64,000 nt of DNA from Octopus vulgaris. Its lineage: Eukaryota. This document shows, one piece after another, positions 54,777-64,000 of the stretch. The stretch's first letter is position 1. The number at the start of each line of letters is the position of its first letter. The notes beneath the pieces are model-generated. The model did not search any database. It saw only the letters and a list, made by a program, of their open reading frames with translations, and was not told where the DNA came from. The DNA is taken from assembly GCA_951406725.2 (NCBI GenBank), contig OX597833.1, positions 19,654,001 to 19,718,000 on the forward strand, given 5' to 3'. The translations under genes and the position numbers were made by a program.

Positions 54777-55242
54777 TCCATGAAAAGTTGACCAGTAACT
54801 TTCTAACTGACTTAGTTGAGGTGTTTTTTATATTTTCTATCTTTTATTTGTTTCTGTGATTGGTCTGCAGCCATGCTGAGGCACCACCTTGAAGGGTGTA
54901 GTTGAACAAACAGTACTTATTTTATCATTCCATTTATATAAGGTGGTGGAGCTGGCAGAAACGTTTGCGCGCTGGGCGAATTGCTTAACAGTATTTCGGC
55001 TGACGTTATGTTCTGAGTTCAAATTCCGCCGAGGTCGACTTTGCCTTTCATCCTTTCGGGGTCGATAAATTAAGTACCAGTTGCGCACTGAGGTCGATGT
55101 AATTGACTTAATCCCTTTGTCTGTCCTTGTTTGTCCCCTCTGTGTTTAGCCCCTTGTGGGCAATAAAGAAATAAGTACTTATTTTATCATTCCCTTTTGC
55201 CAAACTAGTGGTAGTAGGGAACAAACATAAAGATGTGTGTGT

Positions 55243-55282
<40 letters not shown>

Positions 55283-55476
55283 ATATATATATATCATCAT
55301 CATCATTGTTTAACGTCCATTTTTTGTGCTAGCACGGGTTGGAGGTTCGACAGGGGTCTGGGAAACCAGGAGGCTGCACCAGGCTCCAGTCTGATCTGGC
55401 AGTGTTTCTACAGCTGGATGCCCTTCCTAACGCCAACCACTCCGTGAGTGTAGTGGGTGCTTTTTACGTGCCACAT

Positions 55477-55510
<34 letters not shown>

Positions 55511-57673
55511 CATCATCATCATTGTTTAACGTCCGTTTTTTGTGCTAGCACGAGTTGGAGGTTCGACAGGGGTCTGGGAAACCAGGAGGCTGCACCAGGC
55601 TCCAGTCTGATCTGGCAGTGTTTCTACAGCTGGATGCCCTTCCTAACGCCAACCACTCCGTGAGTGTAGTGTGTGCTTTTTACGTGCCACCTGCACAGGT
55701 GCCAGAGGGGTCTGGCATCGGCCACGGTTGGTTGGTGCTTTTTATGTGCCACCTGCACAGAAGCCAGTCGGGGCGGTGCTGGCATCGGCCACGTTCGAAT
55801 GGTGCTTTTTATGTGGGGGGGGGGGTGTGCAGGAATATAGAGGAGCACCAGTGGGGAGGGGTGCTCGGAGAAACGATGACAGGTTCTAGACAAGTAGAAC
55901 GTAGGATATCACGAGAGGGGTAATGTATGGTGAAATAGCGTATTGAAGAGGGGGGTTCGAAGAGTAGACACCTATAATGGTGGTGGGAGAAACGACATCC
56001 GGTATAGATGGAGCAAAAATATAGAGATATCAAGTATTGGTGGTGAGGGTGGGTAGGGCGGGCGCGCCGCGAATACGCGAAGGTTGATAGAGGAGAGAGC
56101 GAAGACTTGGACGGGCAAAATTATCGCAGCACATAATAATAAAGGGATATTTAGGGGGGACGGTGGAGAAATAGAGAAATTATCAGCACATAATGATGAG
56201 TAATAAACCGATTAACAACTAGAGGTCAGACATATATATATATATATAAAACCATTGTCATCATTTAATGTCTGCCTTCCATGCTGGCATGGGTTGAACA
56301 GTTTGACAGGAGCTGGCCAGGCAAAAGACTACACCAGGCTGCTGTGTCGGTGTTGACATGATTTTTATGGCTGGATGACCTTCCTAACACCAACCAACCT
56401 GCAGAATGGACTGAATGCATTTTAGCAGGATGCCTTTCTAAATGCCAACCACTTCATGGTGTGGACTGGATTTTTATTTGCATTCTCAGCAGCTTTAGTT
56501 GCTAAACCACGAGTTGTATAGTAATCGTCAACTTATTGAAATTCCTTTTAATTTCAATCGTGGAAGAGGTGTGTAACTTCTGATGTTAATAAACCTGTTT
56601 TATTGCCTTCTGTACAAACTGCATAAATGCCTGAAGCTTACTAAGTTCCTACACGTGGATCCTTGTATTGTACTTACCTCTCTGTGTGTGTGTGTGTGTG
56701 TGTGTGTATGACAGGCTTCAATAGAGTTTCTGCTTACCAAATTCACTCACAAGGCATTGGTTAGCTCGGGGCTACAGTAGACGACACTTGTCCAAAGTAC
56801 CACACAGTAGGACTGGGCCTGAAACCACATGGTTGCAATGCGATCTTCTTAACCACAGAGCCATTCCTGCATCAGTGATTTTTCCCCATTTGATCTCTAG
56901 TGTGCTAAAAAAGCAAAATGGATTGGAGCTAATGATTCTCCAATGTGCCTTTTTTTTAAAAATTCTTTTTCTTTATTTTTTAAACTTTTTTAATGTGAAA
57001 TTTTAGGAATACTCTTTACTCTTTTACTTGTTTCAGTCATTTGACTGCGGCCATGCTGGAGCACCACCTTTTAGTCGAGCAAATGCTGGAGCACTGCCTT
57101 TAGTTAATCAAATCGACCCGGGACTTATTCTTTGTAAGCCCAGTACTTATTCTATCGGCCTCTTTTGCCGATCCACTAAGTGACGGGGACGTAAACACAC
57201 CAGCATCGGTTGTCAAGCAATGCTAGGGGGACAAACACAGACACACAAACCCACACACACATACATATATATATACATATATACGACAGGCTTCTTTCAG
57301 TTTCCGTCTACCAAATCCACTCACAAGGCATTGGTCGGCCCGGGGCTATAACAGAAGACACTTGCCCAAGATGCCATGCAGTGGGACTGTTGGCTGCTAT
57401 TTCTAGTACCTCATTTATTTGTATGTATTAAGAGATTTTAAAGATGCTCCCTTGTCTTGTTCATGGTGGTATTTTCGTCTGAGTTTGGGATATTTTTCCT
57501 TGTATTTTCCTAAGATTGGAATTTGAAAATCACCATTGAAAAATTTTTTGTAAAAGATGATTTATCAACAGCCTGCTTTGTCTGATACTAACCATTCATC
57601 TACTTGACACCATAATGCACATGGTGTTGATGTCATGTGTTAGACCCATACTAGAATAATAATTCCTATTAAT

Positions 57674-57964
57674 AATGTAAAGTATAAAAGCCATCTCAAT
57701 ATGGCTAACCACAAAGTGGGGGGTGTTACTGTAGCTTTTTAGCCCCAGGAGATCATCGTCTCCAGCTGGCTTTAGACACACTTTCTGTGCCCTTGAAGTA
57801 TTTGCAAAGGGAGGAAGGGATGGCCTCCCTTTGCAAATACTTCAAGGGCACAGAAAGTGTGTCTAAAGCCAGCTGGAGACGATGATCTCCTGGGGCTAAA
57901 AAGCTACAGTAACACCCCCCACTTTGTGGTTAGCCATATTGAGATGGCTTTTATACTTTACATT
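57674..57964. repeat. Perfect fold-back palindrome, 141-bp arms, 9-nt loop
   Basis: 57674-57814 is the reverse complement of 57824-57964; no mismatch seen by eye. Confidence 0.95.
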
Positions 57965-58978
57965 GTCGAGTGGTTACTGTTTACATCTCGCTCTGAGATT
58001 TAATAATGCTCCTGTTAATAATTTTTTTGTAAATTCCGTGAGTTTTAGTGATCTAAAAATAGGGAATGTATTAATAGGGTCAAATCAAAAACAGGAAGAG
58101 AAGAATAAAGAAAGAGAGAGAGAAAAGAAAGACGAATAATAAAAAGAAAAAAAACAGGAAGAGAATAATAAAGAAAGAGAAAGAGAAAAGAAAGAAGAAT
58201 TATTTAAAAAAACACAGATATATATATAACACAGTGGCTGTGTGGTAAGTAGCTTGCTAACCAACCACATGGTTCCGGGTTCAGTCCCACTGCGTGACAT
58301 CTTGGGCAAGTGTCTTCTGCTATAGCCCCGGGCCAACCAATGCCTTGTGAGTGGATTTGGTAGACGGAAACAGAAAAGAAGCCCGTCGTATATATGTATA
58401 TATATATATATATATATGTGTGTGTTTGTGTGTCTGTGTTTGTCCCCCTAGCATTGCTTGACAACCGATGCTGGTGTGTTTACGTCCCCATCACTTAGCG
58501 GTTCGGCAAAATAGACCGATAGAATAAGTACTGGGCTTACAAAGAATAAGTCCCGGGGTCGATTTGCTCGACTAAAAGGTGGTGCTCCAGCATGGCCGCA
58601 GTCAAGTGACTGAAACAAGTAAAAGAGTGAAGAGTATATAGATAAGGGAAAGTGTTCCAGTTAGTGGCCAGTGGAGATAATTTGAAAGTAGGAGTGGAGA
58701 GATAAGGATAATAGAGAGAGAAAAAGTGTGTCAATTGTGTAGCAATAGTCTAAGACTCTAGACTCTATTTCTACATATCTATATCCTTGTTTTTCTGTTC
58801 TTTCTTTTCTTTATTCCTCTCTTCCTGTTTCTTCTCTCTAAATAATCATTAAATAAGGTAACTAAAGCGCTCCTTCAGAAACACTCCTCTCTAAGAAAAT
58901 GAAATGCAATTTTAAAAAAAAGTTATGAAAACGGAAAATATATACAAAATAAATGATGTATGCAAAAAATTAGAAAAA

Positions 58979-59600
58979 GGATCTTTTCGTTTTGAACGGC
59001 AGACAATTTCTAGTTAACTAAACACTTTAAAACTTTGTATACTGGTAGACTGTGTCAAAATAAAACATTTTTTTCTCTTGGCTTTCTTGAGAAAATTGTA
59101 GTTTGTTTGTTTAACATAGTTTAATTTTTCGAATTTTAACCAATCCTATGCTCTCTTTTGAGCTAAAATCATTTGCTGCGTCTAAAACTGAGACAACATC
59201 CTGTAACTAACCCTAAACTTCCCCCCTAACCCTAACTTTTTTTTCTTAATTGTTAAATTAATTTAATTGTTATGCATATAAAAAAACTAAAGCAATGGAA
59301 TTAAATTAATTTAACAATTAAGAAAAAAAAAGTTAGGGTTAGGGGGTAGGTTTAGGGTTAGTTACAGGATGTTGTCTCAGTTTTAGACACAGCAAATGAT
59401 TTTAGTTGAATGGAGGTAATCGATTGGTTAAAATTGCCAAAATGCTCGGATTTTTAGACAAAATATCTTACAAACTATAGAATTTTCTCGACCAAGAGAA
59501 AATGATGTTTTATAAACACATTCTACCAGTATATGAAGTTTAAAAGTGTTTAGTTAACTAGAAATTGTATTGACATCTGCCGTTCAAAAGGAAAAGATCC
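58979..59600. mobile_element. Fold-back MITE of the GGATCTTTTC-TIR family, inverted over almost its whole length
   Basis: GGATCTTTTCGTTTTGAACGGCAGA / TCTGCCGTTCAAAAGGAAAAGATCC; ~290-bp arms; right part homologous to 41200-41386. Confidence 0.8.
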
Positions 59601-60015
59601 TAAAAAATTTGATACATTTTAAAATATTTTATACTAAAAAAAGCAGAAATGGGAAACAGGCACTTGCAAATATAAACAAACATGTCAGACGATACAAAAG
59701 GTGGTAATTTACTTTTACCAATCAGGTATTATTAATGATATGAGGGACCTGACAATATTGTCTGTTAATTGTAAGAAGACTGTTTCACAATCTGTTTACT
59801 CTTTTACTTGTTTCAGTCATTTGACTGCGGCCATGCTGGAGCACCGCCTTTAGCCGAGCAAATCGACACCAGAACATTCTTTGGAAGCCTAGTACTTATT
59901 CTATCGGTATCTTTTGCCGAACCGCTAAGTTATGGGGACATAAACACAGCAGCATCGGTTGTCAAGCGATGTTGAGGGTACAAACACAGACACAGAAACA
60001 TATACACACACACAT

Positions 60016-60338
60016 AGGCAGCAAAAACCCTGCGAGAGTCAAGTCTGTTGGTTCGAGGAGCACAACTATTCAACTCCATTCCGGTACATGTCAGAAATCT
60101 ATCAGGATGCAGTGTGGAATCATTCAAATTGCAGCTGGATAAATACTTAAGCACCATTAGAGATGAACCCCATCTCCCAGGATATACACAACGAGCACAA
60201 ACGGACTCAAACTCGCTCCTACACATGTCAAAATTAAACAGAGAATACAACCTGGCAACCACACCAGACTCTGAGGGTGGAGTCTTCGACTTGGCCTGAG
60301 CATGGACTCAAACTCAAATGAAATGAAATGAAATGAAA
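60016..60338 (+). mobile_element. 5'-truncated CR1/L2-group LINE 3' end nested in a family-A SINE
   Basis: Open frame VRGAQLFNSIPVHVRNLSGCSVESFKLQLDKYLSTIRDEP..PGY.....SNSL resembles CR1-group ORF2 C-termini; followed by a short UTR and an (AAATG)n tail. Confidence 0.8.
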
Positions 60339-62178
60339 TATATATATATATATATATATATACACGACGGGCTTCTTTCAGTTTCCATCTACCAAATTCA
60401 CTCACAAGGCTTTGGTCCGCTGAGGCTATAGTAGAAGACACATGCTCAAGGTGTTGCGCAGTGGGACTGAACCTGGAACCATGTGGTTGGTAAGCAAGCT
60501 ACTTACCACACAGCCACTCCAACCAATGCATATTATTAAAACTAACCCTAACGAGTGTGCACAGTAAAAAAAGAAAAGAATCTGATTAAAAACAATCAAG
60601 AATATTGTCAGGTGCGTTTCTAAAGGAGTACCTCCAATTTTTTTTAATTCTTCCAGAACTTACAAAGTTAGATTGATGCAATAAGAATACAAGCTATAAA
60701 CTATACAATACTGCAAGAATTAATATTGTTAGCATATTTACAACTACACATCATCATCATCATCATTTAACGTCCGTTTTCCGCGCTAGCATGGGTTGGA
60801 CGGTTCAACCGGGGTCTGGGAAGCCAGGGGCTGCACCACGCTCCAGTCTGATCTGGCAGTGTTTCTACAGCTGGATGCCCTTCCTAACGCCAACCACTCC
60901 GCGAGTGTAGTGGGTGCTTTTTACATGCCACCGGCACAGGTGCCAGGGGTGTCTGGCATCGGCCACGATCGGTTGGTGCTTTTAACGTGCCACCAGCATG
61001 GAAGCTGGTATCGGCCACGTTCGGATGGTGCTTTTTATGTATACACATTATCATAAATTTAATTTCTGGGTGTAATTTGTATTGTACCCCTAGTTCAGTG
61101 GTATTCAACTGACATACCAGTCATTGGTATGTCAGTTTTTGCACACCCTTTTGGAGGAATTTCTTTCCTTGGCTTGTTACTTTTATATATATATATATTA
61201 CATCTATATTGTAATGTAATATAGTTTTACTTATACTTTTAATTCTAACCACAACTACGATTCAGCATAGGAACAGTTATAGTTTCATTTTTGTATTGTT
61301 TCACTTTTATTTTCTAACTTCATATAAATCACTGGTTGTGATACGAGAAGTAGGTTGTTCTTTTGGCAAAAAGAGACTGAGAAAACAAGCACTAGGTTTA
61401 CGAAGAATTAGTCCTGGGGTAGATTTGTTTGACTAAAGGTGGTACTCCAGCATGGCCGCGGTCAAATGGCTGAACCAAGTAAAAGAATAAAAGAATAGAT
61501 AATTTTATTGCAACATCAGGATGAAAGACATAGAAAAAGAGAGAAAATAAAATGTATACATTTTAATCAGGAATAGGGAATCCATCCAATTTAGTCTCTG
61601 TGTGTGTGTGTGACTGAGTGGTTAAGAAATTTGTTTTGCAACTATGTGGGTTTGTGTTCAATCCCACTGTGTGGTACCCATGTATCTTCTACTTTAGCCC
61701 CAGATTGACCAATGCCTTGTAAGTGAATTTGGGAAATGGAAACTGTGTAGATGCTTGTGGTATATGTGTTTGTCCTCCTCACTGTTTGATAACTGATGTT
61801 GGTTTGTTTACATCCCTGTAACTTAGCTATTTGGAAAAGGAGACCAATGGAATAAGTCCCAGACTCTAAAAAAATAGTACTGGGTTGGTTTGTTTGACTA
61901 AAACTCTTCAAGGCAGTGCCCCAGCTTGACTGTAGTTCAATGACTGAAACTGCAAAAGACACATCATCATCATTATATAATCATTTAACATCAGTTTTCC
62001 ATTTTGACATGGGTTGAACTAGTTGTGGGTGTGCGGTAAGAAGTCTGCTTCTCAACCATATGGTTCTGGGTTCAGTCCCACTGAGTGACATATTTGGCAA
62101 GTGTCTTCTACTATAGCTTTGGGCAGATCAAAGCCTTGTAAATGGATATGGTAGACAGAAACTGAAAGAAGCCTGTCA

Positions 62179-62249
<71 letters not shown>

Positions 62250-62513
62250 ATCATTATCATTTAACGTCCATGTTCCATGTTAGCATGGGTGGGATGATAT
62301 CTTTGTGGGTCTTTGTGTCAGTGCTTGTCACTCCATCACCCCTTGACAACTGGTGCTGGTGTGTTTATGCCCCCGTAACTTAGTGGTTTGGCAAAAGAGA
62401 CCAATAAAGTAAGTACTAAGTTTTATAAAAAGTCCAAGGGTTGATTGTTCAACTACAACCCTTTAAAGCGGTGCTCTAGCATGGCCATGGTCAAATGACT
62501 GAAACAAGTAAAA

Positions 62514-62560
<47 letters not shown>

Positions 62561-62757
62561 CATACATACATGAGTTAGCTGAGTCAGAGGTAAAAATAAC
62601 TGTCTAAGGGATAGAAGTATCCATTACACTACCAGTATACAACATTGGATGGTGAGACAGCTGTTAGATGGGATACAGTTTATTTGCATTGAATTAATAA
62701 ATAATAATTGATGTCAGTCAATTGTTGTTCATCAATATTTCTCGATTTTCTGTTTTC

Positions 62758-62803
<46 letters not shown>

Positions 62804-62811
62804 CATATATA

Positions 62812-63460
62812 CAGTGGCGGCCAAAATGTTCAGAACGGCATTGTTTTCGTCAGAAAATTAGATATAATTTTTATCAAAGTTGTTTTATATTCTATAATTT
62901 TCACAGACAATAAATACGATATTATTTGTTATTGCCTGAGATTTTGGTGTAATTTGAGAGGATAATACAAAAGTTACGGTTGATTTAGTGATTTACTGCA
63001 AAACCCATGGTGGCCAAAATGATCAGAACGGTTGCTTTTACTCCGTGTTATAGTATATTTAACCGGCGAACTCTAATGTTTTGAATTTGTTTACGTGACG
63101 GTTTGGTTACTAAACATTAGTAAGAATATTTGCAGTGTACTTTGTTAATATAATGCCACTTACTCCGTTACCAATTCGTCAGCAGATTATTAAGCTTCGA
63201 AGGAAGGATAATTTAAGTATTGGATCTATTGCAAAGATTAACAAGTCAAAAAATCATTTTGGCCGCCATGGGTTTTGCAGTAAATCACTAAATCATCCAT
63301 AACTTTTGTATTATCCTCTCAAATTACACCAAAATCTCAGACAATAACAATTAATATTGTATTTATTGTCTGAAAATTATAGAATATAAAACTACTTTGA
63401 TAAAAACTTATACTTACTTTTCTGACGAAAACAATGCCGTTCTGAACATTTTGGCCGCCA

Positions 63461-63463
<3 letters not shown>
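62812..63463 (+). mobile_element. Internally deleted Tc1-family transposon of IR/DR type
   Basis: TA|CAGTGGCGGCCAAAATGTTCAGAACGG ... CCGTTCTGAACATTTTGGCCGCCACTG|TA; ~210-bp TIRs; inner direct repeat at ~63008-63031; ATG 63153 gives MPLTPLPIRQQIIKLRRKDNLSIGSIAKINKSK (transposase N-terminal HTH-like). Confidence 0.88.
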
Positions 63464-63507
<44 letters not shown>

Positions 63508-64000
63508 CAGTTTGAAGTGAAATTTCAGAATAATAATGAAACCGAAAAGTTTTAACAAAATGAAACTGCATGTATATTGGGAAAGTGAAACTGATCTATG
63601 AATACATGCTAAAATGAAATCTTGAGTTTGCTTCTGTTGAGGAATTCCCCTTTGGAAGTTTTATTCTAATTTTAGTTTTTAAAATTACTCCATTTTCCTT
63701 TTTCTCCACCACAAGTTCAATATATGGAACCATTCCAATTCTATGAAATTCAAATTGAACATGTGTTCTGACATGTCTGCATAGTTAAGAAGTGTCTTCT
63801 GTAATTTCCTAGTTTCAGATTTGATTGTTCTGTGTAGGATTGGGTGTTTTCTACCATAAGTTTGGGTTGATTGGTAACATGTAAGTGGTATTTGGTAAAG
63901 AGGACCTGTGTAGAAACCTGTTTTTTTGTCTGTGACCATGCTGGTACCACCTCAAGTTTTAGTCGAACAAATTGACCCCAGTACTTATTTATTTTTCCTT

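Noticed and set aside
59205-59362. TTAGGG/CCCTAA units suggesting an interstitial telomere or fusion site
   Set aside because: Only a few degenerate units, embedded symmetrically in the arms of a MITE.
63685-63950. 84-aa and 66-aa minus-strand ORFs at the window end
   Set aside because: No motif I can recognise, and not the expected next Drp1 exon (GPRPALFVPE), which I did not find after 52099.

Overview
AT-rich, repeat-dense animal genomic DNA. The SINE families resemble those described from octopus, so a coleoid cephalopod (Octopus) source is inferred, not proven. The only intact gene I can support is part of a + strand dynamin-1-like protein gene (DNM1L/Drp1, the mitochondrial/peroxisomal fission GTPase). 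Eight GT-AG exons (23977-52099) splice into one continuous 1101-nt frame (367 codons) covering most of the GTPase domain (GKS of G1, plus G2, G3, G4) and the start of the stalk. I did not find the first coding exon or the downstream exons, so they probably lie outside the window. The rest is intron-like sequence filled with at least five short interspersed repeat families, CR1-group LINE 3' ends, deleted mariner and Tc1 (IR/DR) elements, piggyBac-, hAT- and possibly Merlin-like MITEs, non-autonomous Helitrons, microsatellites and many fold-back palindromes. Nearly all ORFs in the supplied track are chance frames through these repeats. The most unusual signals are: a recurring 'direct repeat - long hairpin - one-sided tail - direct repeat' insertion architecture (Penelope-like), two hammerhead-ribozyme-like motifs, templated insertions, and inverted repeat pairs bracketing individual exons. 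I see no convincing new multi-gene system. Repeat boundaries are approximate and were read by eye.
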